Shown here: positions 13,320-26,659 of the stretch, one piece after another | Layout of the letters: each line of letters opens with the position of its first letter | How positions within the stretch are numbered: position 1 is the stretch's first letter | NCBI GenBank assembly: GCA_038087875.1 | Contig: CM075997.1 | Span: 7,938,001-8,002,000, forward strand | DNA from: Malacoraja senta | Lineage: Eukaryota | Length of the DNA: 64,000 nt | Reading direction: 5' to 3' | Notes under the pieces: model-generated | Told to the model about the DNA's origin: nothing | Databases searched by the model: none | What the model saw: only the letters and a program-made list of their open reading frames with translations | Position numbers and translations under genes: made by a program

Positions 13320-16300
13320 ATAGATACATAGAAAATAGGTGCAGGAGTAGGCCATTCGGCCCTTCGAGCCTGCACCGCCATTCAATACGATCATGGCTGA
13401 TCATCCAACTCAGTATCCCGTACCTGCCTTCTCTCCATACCCCCTGATCCCTTTAGCCACAAGGGCCACATCTAATTCCCTCTTAAATATAGCCAATGAA
13501 CTGGCCTCAACTACCCTCTGTGGCAGAGAGTTCCAGAGATTCACCACTCTCTGTGTGAAAAAGTTTTTCCTCATCTCGGTCTTAAAGGATTTCCCCCTTA
13601 TCCTTAAGCTGTGACCCCTTGTCCTGGACTTCCCCAACATCGGGAACAATCTTCCTGCATCTAGCCTGTCCAACCCCATAAGAATTTTGTACGTTTCTAT
13701 AAGATCCCCTCTCAATCTCCTAAATTCTAGCGAGTATAAGCCAAGTCTATCCAGTCTTTCTTCATATGAAAGTCCTGACATCCCAGGAATCAGTCTGGTG
13801 AACCTTCTCTGCACTCCCTCTATGGCTATAATGTCCTTCCTCAGATTTGGAGACCAAAACTGTACGCAATACTCCAGGTGTGGTCTCACCAAGACCCTGT
13901 ACAACTGCAGTAGAACCTCCCTGCTCCTATACTCAAATCCTCTTGCTATGAAGGCCAACATACCATTCGCTTTCTTCACTGCCTGCTGCACCTGCATGCC
14001 TACTTTCAATGACTGGTGTACCATGACACCCAGGTCTCGCTGCATCTCCCCATTTCCTAATCGGCCACCATTTAGATAATAGTCTGCCTTCCCGTTTTTG
14101 CTACCAAAGTGGATAACCTCACATTTATCCACATTATACTGCATCTGCCAAACATTTGCCCACTCACCCAGCCTATCCAAGTCACCTTGCAGTCTCCTAG
14201 CATCCTCCTCACAGCTAACACTGCCCCCCAGCTTAGTGTCATCCGCAAACTTGGAGATGTTGCTTTCAATTCCCTCGTCCAGATCATTAATATAAATTGT
14301 AAATAGCTGGGGTCCCAGCACTGAGCCTTGCGGTACCCCACTAGTCACTGCCTGCCATTGTGAAAAGGACCCGTTTACTCCTACTCTTTGCTTCCTGTTT
14401 GCCAGCCAGTTCTCTATCCACATCAATACTGAACCCCCAATACCGTGTGATTTAAGTTTGTATCCTAATCTCTTATGTGGTACCTTGTCGAAAGCCTTCT
14501 GAAAGTCCAGATACAACACATCCACTGGTTCTCCCCTATCCACTCTACTAGTTACATCCTCGAAAAATTCTATAAGATTCGTCAGACACGATTTACCTTT
14601 CGTAAATCCATGCTGACTTTGTCCAATGATTTCACCACTTTCCAAATGTGCTGCTATCCCATCTTTAATAACTGACTCTAGCAGTTTCCCCACTACCGAT
14701 GTTAGACTAACTGGTCTGTAATTCCCCGTTTTCTCTCTCCCTCCCTTCTTAAAAAGTGGGGTTACGTTTGCTACCCTCCAATCCTCAGGAACTACTCCAG
14801 AATCTAAAGAGTTTTGAAAAATTATCACTAATGCATCCACTATTTCTGGAGCTACTTCCTTAAGTACTCTGGGATGCAGCCTATCTGGCCCTGGTGATTT
14901 ATCGGCCTTTAATCCATTCAATTTACCCAACACCACTTCCCGACTAACCTGGATTTCACTCAGTTCTCCATCTCCTTTGACCCGCGGCCCCCTGCTATTT
15001 CCGGCAGATTATTTATGTCTTCCTTAGTGAAGACGGAACCAAAGTAGTTATTCAATTGGTCTGCCATATCCTTGTTCCCCATGATCAATTCACCTGTTTC
15101 TGACTGCAAGGGACCTACATTTGATTTAACTAATCTCTTTCTCTTCACATATCTATAAAAACTTTTGCAGTCAGTTTTTATGTTCCCTGCCAGTTTCCTT
15201 TCATAATCTATTTTCCCTTTCCTAATTAAGCCCTTTGTCCTCCTCTGCTGGTCTCTGAATTTCAATCAATTCCTATATACTTACCTAAGAAGTTTTTTAA
15301 AAAACTCGACTCAGATATCACTAATTTTATATGGGACTATAAATCACATAGAATACAAAAAACCCATCTGAATAAATCTAAAGTATTGGGGGGTCTAGCA
15401 CTACCTAATTTTATGTATTATTATTGGTCAGTAAATATTAAAAACATGATTCAACTGATGGATAACTCCGCCCAGCAAGTAGACTGGATTGTAATGGAGA
15501 AAGAGGATTGCTCCTCTAGAAACATTGGAGCGATCCTCCTCTCTCCAATGAAATTGAATAACATAAACTATAATAAGAACCCAATTATTCATAGTACAAT
15601 CCGTATTTGGAAACAAATAAAACAAAATTTAAAATTAAGAAACTTATCACTTTTATTACCTATAGTCAATAACCCTTCGTTTAGTCCTTCTATTATAGAT
15701 AAAGCTTATACACAATGGGATAGACTAGGAATTAAAACGCTTGGTGACTTGTATGAAACTGGAAAATTACTTTCATTTCAACAATTACAAATAAAATATA
15801 AACTCGGAAATAATCAATATTTTAAATACTTTCAAATATGCGACTATTTGAAAAAATATATAAAAGATCATCATAATAACCCAGCAGATGTACTGGACGA
15901 GGCAATGCAGATAAAAGCGGAATCAGCAAACTTAATATCATATTTGTACAATATTATCTTAAATGCACAAATACCATCTACGGAGGGTATCAGAAGAGAC
16001 TGGGAACAAGAGTTAGCTATTAAAATTTCAAAGGAAAGTTGGAATGAATACTTATTAAAAGTGCATAAATGCTCGATTAATGTAAGACACACTTTAATAC
16101 AATTTAAAATTTTACATAGATTATATTATTCGAAAACTAAAATTCATAAAATTTTCCCAAACGTATCATCTATTTGTGATAAATGTCAATCCCAAGAAGC
16201 AACTATAGCGCACTCATTTGTCTTCTGTACAAAAATTCAAAAATTTTGGAATGAAATTTTTGAAATCTTTACAAAGTTATTTAAAACAAGACTGATACCC

Positions 16301-19114
16301 AAAGCAGAATGGATTATCTTCGGAATAACGGAAGATGATCCAGAACTAAATGTGTTTCAAAATAAATTAATGGATTATGGGTTAATAACTGGAAAAAAGC
16401 TAATTCTAAAATTTTGGAAGAAGGCTCCAATACCAACTATAAATATGTGGATTTCAAATATGTTTGAAACATTACACCTTGAAGAGATAAGACTCCTCCT
16501 AGCAGGTAAACCAGATCACTTCCACCTGACGTGGTCTGCATTTATAGAATTATTACAAACATAGGGTGCAAAAGTACTTTAAAAAAAATAAAAAATTGAG
16601 GTCGGGTAAGGGGGGATGATAGTTGAAGAGTTGGTATGTCCTATTTACGTGATGCTCAAAAAAAAAAAAACATTTGTTTCTCTTTTTTTCTCTTTCTCTT
16701 TTCTTTTCTTAGGGCCTATTTCTTAACTCTTTTTCTTTTTGTTTTTAATTTCGCTCTTATAGGGTCTTCGTCCTTTTTTGTTGTTACATTTTCTACACTT
16801 TTCTACACTTGCACTTTTTCCTTCACTTTCTTCTCTCTTTCAATCTTTTCTTTCTCTAGTGTAAAAAAATAAATAAAGGGAGTACATTAATTGTAAGAAG
16901 ATATAAATGACGAGTATTAATGTATGTGGTTGTAATGTAATGTACTTCTAATAAATAAAAATTAAAAAAAATTAAAAAAAATAAAATAATCTATTTTCCC
17001 TTTCCTAATTAAGCCCTTTGTCCTCCTCTGCTGGTCTCTGAATTTCTCCCAGTCCTCTGGTATGCTGCTTTTTCTGGCTAATTTGTACGCATCATCTTTT
17101 GCTTTGATACTATCCCTGATTTCCCTTGTTATCCACGGATGCACTACCTTCCTTGATTTATTCTTTTGCCAAACTGGGATGAACAATTTTTGTAGTTCAT
17201 CCATGCAGTCTTTAAATGCCTTCCATTGCATATCCACCATCAACCCTTTTAGAACTAATTGCCAGTCAATCTTGGCCAATTCACGTCTCATACCCTCAAA
17301 GTTACCTTTCTTTAAGTTCAGAACCGTTGTTTCTGAATTAACAATGTCACTCTCCATCCTAATGAAGAACTCAACCATATTATGATCACTCTTGCCCAAG
17401 GGGGCACGCACAACAAGTCTGCTAACTAACCCTTCCTCATTACTCAATACCCAGTCTAGAATAGCCTGCTCTCTCGTTGGTTCCTCTACATGTTGGTTTA
17501 GATAACTATCCCTCATACATTCCAAGAAATCCTCTTCCTCAGCACCCCTGCCAATTTGATTCACCCAATCTATATGTAGATTGAAGTCACCCATTATAAC
17601 TGTTTTGCCTTTGTTGCACGCATTTCTAATTTCCTGTTTGATGCCATCCCCAACTTCACTACTACTGCTAGGTGGCCTGTACACAACACCCACCAGCGTT
17701 TTCTGCCCCTTAGTGTTTCGCAGCTCTACCCATACCGATTCCACATCCTCCAAGCTAATGTCCTTCCTTTCCACTGCGTTAATCTCCTCTCTAACCAGCA
17801 ACGCTACCCCACCTCCTTTTCCTTTCTCTCTATCCCTCCTGAATATTGAATATCCCTGGATGTTCAGCTCCCAGCCTTGGTCACCTTGGAGCCATGTCTC
17901 CGTGATCCCAACTATATCATAATCATTAATTGCTATCTGCACGTTCAACTCATCCACCTTATTACGAATGCTCCTTGCATTGAGACACAAAGCCTTCAGG
18001 CTTGTTTTTACAACGCTCTTACCCCTTATACAATTATGTTGAAAAGTGGCTCTTTTTGATTTTTGCCCTGGATTTGTTTGCCTGCCACTTTTACCTTTCA
18101 CCTTGCTACCTATTGCTTCCGCCCGCATTTTACACCCCTCTGTTTCTCTGCTCACCCATTTAAGAACCCCACCACCTCTTATTCTCTGTTTATTATTGTT
18201 TTCTTCTTTCCCCCCTACATGTTGGGTCTGAGTGCTTTCCTTCTCTGCCTCCTGCCTCACACACTGTCTAATAGCATTCTCTATTTGAGTCCCTCCCCCC
18301 AACCATTCTAGTTTAAAGTCTCCCCAGTAGCCTTTGCAGATCTCCCCGCCAGGATATCGGTCCCCCTCAGGTTCAAGTGCAACCCATCCTTTTTGTACTG
18401 GTCGAACCTTCCACAAAAGAAGTCCCAATGATCCAGAAATTTGAATCCCTGCCTTCTGCACCAGTCCTGCAGCCACGCATTTATCCTCCACCTCGCTCCA
18501 TTCCTACTCTCACTGTCGCGTGGTACAGGCAGTAATCCCGAGATTGTTACCTTTGCTGTCCTTCTCTTTAACTCCTCTCCTAACTCCCTAAATTCTCCTT
18601 TCAGGACCTCTTCTCTTTTTTTACCTATGTCATTGGTACCTATATGTATCACGACCTCGGGCTCCTCTCCCTGCCCTTTCAGGATGTCTTGGACACGTTG
18701 AGACACATCACAGACCCTGGCACCAGGGAGGCAAACTACCATCCGGGTCTCCCGACTGCGTCCACAGAATCGCCTGTCTGACCCCCTAACTATAGAGTCC
18801 CCTATTAATATTGCCCTCCTCTTCTTTTCCTTACCCTTCTGAGCAACAGGACCGGTCTCTATACCGGAGGCCCGGCCGCTGTCGCTACCCCCAGGTAGGC
18901 TGTCCACCCCAACAGTGCTCAAACAGGAGTACTTATTGTCAAGGTGTACAGCCACCGGGGTACTCTCTAGTCCCTGCCTGTGCCCCTTGCCTCTCCCAAC
19001 CGTGATCCACTTGCCTGCCTCCTGTGGTGTTGGAGTGACCACATCCCTGTAACTCCTCTCAATGACTTCCTCGCTCTCCCTGACCAGACGGAGGTCATCG
19101 AGCTGCTGCTCCAG
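13320..19114 (-). mobile_element. Young, nearly full-length CR1 LINE: SGNH-esterase ORF1 (stop at 18308), APE endonuclease and RT ORF2; interrupted by an L1-like insertion
   Basis: ORF1 ILIGDSIVRG, HIGTND, DGLHLN; endonuclease LNARS, GITETWL, MGDFN, SDHN; RT QGSVLGP and KFADD; one 1-bp frameshift near 14957. Confidence 0.95.
15264..16985 (+). mobile_element. 5'-truncated L1/Tx1-clade LINE (ORF2 C-terminus with zinc knuckle, 3' UTR, A-rich tail)
   Basis: GGLALPNF...CDKCQSQEATIAHSFVFC (CCHC); AATAAA and A-tail; 61-bp flanking duplication. Confidence 0.9.
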
Positions 19115-19690
19115 GTTTGTTATATGTTTCTATAAGATCCCCTCTCATCCTAAATTCCTGTGGATATAAGCCCAGTCGATCCATTCTTTCATCATGTCAG
19201 TCCTGCCATCTCGGGAATTAACCTGGTGAACCTACGCTGCACTGCATCAATAGCAAGAATGTCCTTCTTCAAATAAGGAGACCAAAACTACACACAACAC
19301 TCCAGGTGTGTTCTCACCAGGGCCCTGTACAACTGCAGTAGGACCTCCTTGCTCCTATACTCAAATCCTCTCGCTATGAAGGCCAACATGCCGTTTGATT
19401 TCTTCACTGCCTGCTGTACCTGCATGCTTACTTTCAGTAACTGGTGTGCAAGGACACCCAGGTCTCGTTGCACCACCCTTTTTCCTAATCTGATAATAAT
19501 CTGCCTTCTTGTTCTTGCCACCAAAGTGGATAACCTCACATATATACACATTATACTGCATCTGCCATTCATCTGCCCACTCACCCACACTACCCAATTC
19601 ACCCTGCATTCTCATAGCATCCTCCTCGCAGTTCACACTGCCACCCAGCTTTGTGCCATCTGCAAACTTGGAGATGTTACATTTTGCTCC
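19115..19690 (-). mobile_element. CR1 RT fragment
   Basis: ISKFADGTKLGG...HLECCV. Confidence 0.85.
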
Positions 19691-20145
19691 ATAGTCGTGG
19701 TTAAACACAAAAGTGTTTTATTGACTTTGTGCTATTCATTCTGGTTTATTTGTTTAGTTTAGAGTCACAGCATGGAAACAGGCCCTTTGGAATGTGGGAG
19801 GAATCCAAATATCTCAGAGAAAACCCACGTGGTCACAGGGAGAATGTACAAACTCCGCACAGACAGCACCAGCAGTCAGGATCGAGCCTGGATCTCTGGC
19901 AATGTAATAGCTCTACCGCAATGCCACCATAGAATAGAGTCTGATTCCAACTAGCCTCTCCAATACCACTTGTGTATATAATTCCATGTGAACTTACAAC
20001 CCACTTGACAAGTTGAAGTTCTTACATATTTAGGACCCCAGATGCTATTCCTGTCAATCCCCAGGAGGATGGGGACAGGCTTCCGGGTCTAGGTCAACAC
20101 TCTTCTGGCAGAGATGTCCTTCCCTGTATAAAGGCATTTCTTTAC

Positions 20146-20278
20146 CTGAATTATTTCATTGAGGACGACGGCATCGAAACGAGATAGGTAGAGGAGGAAG
20201 TACCGCTGGATCACCTTTTTGAACTTGTGTAGTAGACTGCGAAGTTCTTCCATCACAAACAGCAGCTCAGCTATGTTG
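20146..20278 (-). CDS. NCKAP1L: NCKAP1L coding exon, approx. exon 13 (133 nt)
   Basis: cag/...gtaaag; (S)[44 protein letters not shown]. Confidence 0.95.
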
Positions 20279-20369
20279 CTGGAGAGGAGTAGAACAGAGA
20301 GAGGGACAGTAACTCAACAACAGATCCACTCAGGGGGTACTGTACACAAACAACATGCAATGGCCTTAC

Positions 20370-23300
20370 AGAAGATGGAGGGAGGCGGCAGGATAGACTT
20401 GGATTGTTTTTTCTGGAGCGCAAAGGTTGAGTCCAGACAAGATAGAAATATATAAAATTCTGAGGGGCATAGATACGGTAGACAGTTAGAACCTCTATTC
20501 CAGGGAGCAACAGTCAACATGGATTTGTGCCTGGAAAGTCATGTTTGACTAATCTTCTTGAATTTTTTGAAGAGGTTACTAGGGAAATTGATGAGGCTAA
20601 AGTGGTGGATGTTGTCTATATGGACTTCAGTAAGGCATTTGACAAGGTTCCACATGGAAGGTTGGTTAAGAAGGTTCAATTGTTGGGTATTAATGGTGGA
20701 GTAGCAAGATGGATTTAACAGTGGCTGAATGGGAGATGTCAGAGAGTAATGGTGGATGGCTGTTTGTCAGGTTGGAGGCCGGTGACTAGTGGGATGCCTC
20801 AGGGATCTGTGTTGGGTCCACTGTTGTTTGTCATATACATCAATGATCTGGATGATGGTGTGGTAAATAGGATTAGTAAGTATGCAGATGATACTAAGAT
20901 AGGTGGTGTTGTGGATAATGAAGTAGATTTTCAAAGTCTACAGAGAGATTTAGGCCATTTGGAAGAGTGGGCTGAAATATGGCAGATGGAGTTTAATGCT
21001 GATAAGTGTGAGATGCTACATCTTGGCAGGACAAATCAAAATAGGACGTACATGGTAAATGGTAGCGAATTGAGGAATGCAGTTGAACAGAGGGATCTAG
21101 GAATAACTGTGCATAGTTCCCTGAAGGTGAAAGCTCATGTAGATAGGGTGGTAAAGAAAGCTTTTGGTGTGCTGGCCTTTATAAATCAGAGCATTGAGTA
21201 TAGAAGTTGGGATGTAATGTTAAAATTGTACAAGGCATTGGTGAGGCCAATTCTGGAGTATGGTGTACAATTTTGGAAGCCAAATTATAGGAAAGATGTC
21301 AACGAAATAGAGAGAGTACAGAGGAGATTTACTAGAATGTTGGCTGGGTTTCAGCACCTAAGTTACAGAGAAAGGTTGTTATATGGTGTTATATGGTTAA
21401 ATGTCAAAACTACAGGACTTTCCGGTGAGTGGGCCAATGTTTAAAGATGATGTGCGGGACCAATTGTTTATGTAGAGAGTTGTGGGTGCCTCAAAGGCAC
21501 TGTTGGGGTTAGTGATGGAGTTAGATACGATAGCAGTGTTTAAGTGGCTTTTAGACAGGCACATGGATATATAGGTGTGGAGGGATGTGGATCATGTGCA
21601 CATTGACATAGAAAATAGGTGCAGTAGGCCATTCGGCCCTTTGAGCCAACACCTCCATTCAATATGATAATGGTTGATCGTCCAAAATCAGCACCCCTTT
21701 CTTGTTTTTCCCCAAATCCATAGATTCCCTTAGCCCTAAGAACTGAATCTAACTCTCTCTTGAAAACATCCAGTGAATTTGCCTCGAATGCCTTCTGTGG
21801 CAGAGAAGTCCACTTTCACCATCTTCACTATCTACAAAACAACCCTTTTGTATCATCAGCAAACTTGCTAATCTCGCCATGTATGTTCTCATCCAAATCA
21901 TTGATATCGATGACAAACAGCAACGGGCCTAGCACTAAACCCTGAGGCACACCACTAATCACAGGCCTCCAATCTGAGAAGCAACCTTCCACCATCACCC
22001 TCTGATTCCTTCCATGAAACCAATTTTCAATCCATTCAGCTATCTCTCCCTGGATCCCATGCGATCTAACCTTCCAGATCAGCCTACCATGAGGAACCTT
22101 GTCTAATGCTTTCCTAGTCCATATATACATCTGCAGCTCATCGGCCTTTTAGGTCACGTCTTCAAAAAACTCAATCAGATTTGTGACACATCTCCCATGT
22201 ACAAAACTACACTGACTATCCCTAATCAGCCCTTGTCTGTCTAAATTCCTGTATCCCTCAGAATACCATATAACCATATAACAATTACAGCATGGAAACA
22301 GGCCATCTTGGCCCTTCTAGTCCGTGCCGAACACATATTCCCCCCTAATCCCATCTACCTGCACTAAGACCATAACCCTCCATTTCTTTCCCGTCCATAT
22401 ACCTATCCACTTTATTTTTAAATGATAACATCGAACCTGCCTCCACCACTTCCACTGGAAGCTCATTCCACACAGCTACCACTCTCTGAGTAAAGAAGTT
22501 CCCCCTCATGTTACCCCTAAACTTCTGTCCCTTAATTCTCAAATCATTCAGCTATCTCTCCCTGGACCCCATGCGATCTAACCTTCCAGAGTAGCCTACC
22601 ATGAGGAACCTTGTCTAATGCTTTACTAGTCCATATATACAACATCTACAGCACAGCCGTACCTTCTCGTAACTTTCCAACTACAGATATTTTGCTCACT
22701 GACCTATTTTTCCTGCAGCCCTTCTTGAGAAGGCACAACATTTGCCACCCTCCAGTCTTCTGGCACCTCTCCTGTATTTAAAGACGACTCGTATATTTCA
22801 ACAAAGGCTCCCACAATTTTCTCTCTGGTTTCCCACAATGTCCTCCGATATATTTGATCAGACCCTGGAGATTTGTCTACCTTCATACACGATAGTACCT
22901 TCAGCACCTCTGTAAATACAGAGGAGAAATACTAATTGAGGACCTTGCTCATCTCCTGTGGCATCACACAGAGTTGTCCACTTTGACTCCTGAGGGATCC
23001 CTCTTAACTAGATCTCTCTAGTTAAAATCTCTTGGGTTTATCCTTAATGCTATCAGCCAGAGCTATCTCTTAGCCCCATTTTGCCCTTCTGATTTCATTT
23101 TTTAATTTGCTCCTTTGTTCCCGAAACTCCTCCAGGGATACTCTTGATCCCAGCTGCCTATACCTGTCCCATGCGTCCTTTCTATTCTTAACCAATGCCT
23201 TTATTTCTCCTATCCGATAAAGCTTCCTTACGTTTGCCTGCCTTGCCCTTCACTCTAACCTAATATTCACTTGGCTAACTTACACCCAACTGTATGAACA

Positions 23301-24010
23301 TTTAATTCTCCATTGTTAAGTAACCCCTTCCCTTCCCCTTCTTTTTGTCCACTGCAACCACTACCCCCCCCCCCCCCCTTTCCACCATTCCCATGTTTCA
23401 GGACATGTTCTCTTCCCTGACCTCCTGAGCTTCTGTGATGTTCTTCATGGTAGATAAAGATGGGAAGTTTTCATTTAGGGCCGCACACATCTCCACAGGC
23501 TATGCCTAAGCAGACCTTCTCTCCCTACATTAATCCTTTAACTCACAATATGCTTAAAGTATCTTAGAGGGTTTGCCCTTGCCTTTCCTGCCATGGACAC
23601 AGCAATTCCCCTCTTTACTCTTCTGATTTCCTATGTATACTCGTAAAACATAGAACATTACAGCACCAGTTTCTTTGACCAACAATGTCCGTGCCGAACA
23701 TGATGCTGTTAAACTAATCTTTGCCTACATGTGATCCATATCCCTCATTTCCCTGCATTTCTATATGCCTATCCAAAAGTCTCTGAAACAACACTATCAT
23801 ATCTGCCTCCACCACCACCCCCTTGTCATGCATTCCAGGCACCCACCATTCTCTATGTAAAATAAGTTGCCCCACACATCTCCATTAAACTTTCCCTCTC
23901 TCACCTTATGGCTATGCAATCTAGTCTCTCACATTTCCATCCTGGTAATAAAGTTCTGACTGTCGACCCTATCATAATTATATAAACTTCTATCAAGTCT
24001 CCACTCAACC
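20370..24010. mobile_element. Cluster of CR1 fragments in both orientations (about 20515-21395 +; 21605-23260 -; 23640-24010 -)
   Basis: RT ORFs 20527-21444 (KYADD), 21828-22130 and 22345-22542. Confidence 0.85.
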
Positions 24011-24340
24011 TCCTACAGAACACACCCAATAAAACAATCCAAGTTCGTCCAGCCTCTCTTTACAGCTAATACCCTCTAATCCATCTCCACCTCTTATTTT
24101 TGTTCACCGTCTCCAACGTGGAATTTTCTGGACGTCTGTGGGAGGAACATCTCCTGACTCATCTACTGTCCCCGCAAATTCACGATTAGACCATCAAATC
24201 TGCACCGCCATTCAAATAGTGGTTGATCTAATTTTCCACCTCAGCCCCATTCTGCTGCCTTCTCCCCATTACCTTTGACACCCTTCCTCATCAGGAATCT
24301 ATCAATCTCCTCTTTAAAAATTACCCAATGACTTGGACTC

Positions 24341-25864
24341 ACCTGCTTCAAGCATGCAGTAGTCCAACCACTCCTGAAAAAACCTAACCTCGACCCCACC
24401 TTGCCAAGCAACTACAGACCCATTTCTAAACTGCCTTTCCTCTCAAAAGCCCTTGAAAAGGTAATTTTAAGTCAACTTATACCTTACCTTCACCAAAACA
24501 CTATCTTGGATACTTTCCAATCAGGTTTCAGGGCTCACCATAGCACAGAGTCTGCCTTGTTGAAGGTACACAATGACCTACTGCTCACCGTTGACTCCGG
24601 CGACTGTGCAATTCTGCTCCTTCTTGACCTCAGCGCAGCATTTGATACTGTCGACCACACCATCCTAATTGACCGTCTCCGGTATGGGGTTGGTATTGAT
24701 GGCACTGCCCTGAGCTGGTTCATCTCCTACCTCAAAGGTAGGAGTTTCTCGACTAACATAGGCAACTCTTTCTCCTCCCCAGCTAATCTCTGCTGTGGGG
24801 TTCCACAAGGTTCCATCCGTGGCCCCCTTCTCTTCTCCCTGTATATGCTCCCCTTAGGCCAAGTCATTGAAAGGCACGGCATTTCCTTCCATTGCTACGC
24901 AGACGATACACAACTCTATCTCCCCCTGAAGCCCCAAAACCAATCAAATCTGTTTAACCTTACCCACTGCCTCGAGGATATAAAGTGTTGGATGGCCCAG
25001 AACTTCCTCCAACTAAACGAGAGGAAGTCTGAGGTCATCCTTCTCGGCCCCTCGGACTCAATCAAAATGATAGCAGGCAGCCTTGGAAGCCTTACCCCAC
25101 TGCTCAAATCTCACGTCAAAAACCTTGGCGTGATATTTGACTAAGCACTGAAATTTGACAAACAAGTCAATGCCGTGGTAAAAGCTAGCTTCTTTCAGCT
25201 TCGGACGATAGCTAAAATAAAACAATTCCTCCAGTTTGATGACCTCGAAAAGATCATCCACACATTCATCTCCTCCCGCCTAGATTACTGCAACTCCCTT
25301 TACACAGCCAATCTTCCCTGTCCCGCCTGCAACTGGTCCAAAACACCGCAGCGAGACTCCTGACGGGCACCCGAAAAAGGGACCACATCAGCCCGATCCT
25401 GGCCTCTCTCCACTGCCTCCCTGTGCGGTTCCGTATAAACTTCAAGATCCTCCTCCATGTCTACAAAGCCCTCAATGGGCTTGCCCCCACCTACATAAAA
25501 AGTCTTCTCACCCACCACTCCACCTCCAGGCCCCTCAGATCGGCCGACTTGGGGTTGCTGAATATCCCACGGTCTAGGCATAAGCTCAGGGGAAACCGCG
25601 CCTTTGCGGTTGCAGCCCCTAGACTGTGGAACAGCATCCCCTTTCCCATCAGAACTGCCCCCTCCATCGACTCTTTTAAGTCAAGACTAAAGACATATCT
25701 ATACTCCCAAGCCTTTCCTGACATCCTCTGAGTGAGGGCTACATGTATATATGTATGTAGTTTGTTTTGTTTGCGCTATTCTTATAACAAATGTAAAGCA
25801 CTTTGGCCAACGAGAGTTGTTTGTTAAATGTGCTATATAAATAAATGTGACTTGACTTGACTTG
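24341..25864 (+). mobile_element. 5'-truncated L2 LINE (RT and C-terminus, (GACTT)n tail)
   Basis: NYRPISKLPF, DLSAAFDTVDH, CYADDTQLY, RLDYCNSL, AAPRLWN; 12-bp duplication tgacttggactc at 24329 and 25858. Confidence 0.92.
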
Positions 25865-26296
25865 GACTCCACAGCTATTTGTGGTAATGAATTCCACAGA
25901 TTCACCACCCCCTGGCTAAAGAAATTGCTCATCTCCATTCTAAGGATTTGTCCTTTAATTCTGAGGCTGTGCCCTCTGGTCCTAGACTCTCCCACTACTG
26001 AAAACATCCTATCCAATTCCATTCTCTCCAAGCATTTTATTATCCAGTAGGTTTCAATTAGATCTCCCTCCTTCCTTCTAAACTCCAGCGAGTACCGGCC
26101 CAGATCCATCAAACATCCTACTCCTCAAAACATCTTTTGAAAACATCTAAGAGGATTTATCATTACAGGAGTCACAGTAGACGTTTATCTAAATGATCAC
26201 CACTGCCAGAGGTAGAATGTTAATCAGCCTCACCCACCCCGGAGTTTCCCCAAAACAGTGACAGGTTCCTGCTCTCCTTCTCTCATGCCCACTCAC

Positions 26297-26406
26297 CTGT
26301 CCACGTAGTCCTCAGGGGTCTTGGTCTTGGTGATATTCTCAGCGTGACGCGCAAGCCATGAAATCTCGTCACGAGAAAATGACAGAGCCATGAAAACAAA
26401 GAGGGC
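26297..26406 (-). CDS. NCKAP1L: NCKAP1L coding exon, approx. exon 12 (110 nt)
   Basis: cag/...gtgagt; [36 protein letters not shown]; the TKTKTPEDY motif points to NCKAP1L rather than NCKAP1. Confidence 0.95.
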
Positions 26407-26659
26407 CTGAATCAAAGCGAATGGAACAGTTCACAGCAAATCTCCCATGAAAAACAGCAATTTTATTTTAAGGTAGATTATCAGAATAAACAATATCTTG
26501 TTGTCCTCAGTGAATATAGATGCCAAGTACTAATTTAGTTCCTCACCTACATTCTCCAACTCCAAGCATCGAATTCCTCCTTTATCCCTGTGTGGACCGA
26601 CCTTCTCCCTAGTTAACCTCCTATTTTTAATGTATGTATAAAAAGTATTTGTCCATCTC

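Noticed and set aside
13687..14675. Recurrent antisense ORFs over CR1 RT
   Set aside because: Shadow ORFs repeated only because the element is repeated
18308..19042. Host GDSL/SGNH lipase gene
   Set aside because: It is the established esterase domain of CR1 ORF1, contiguous with ORF2
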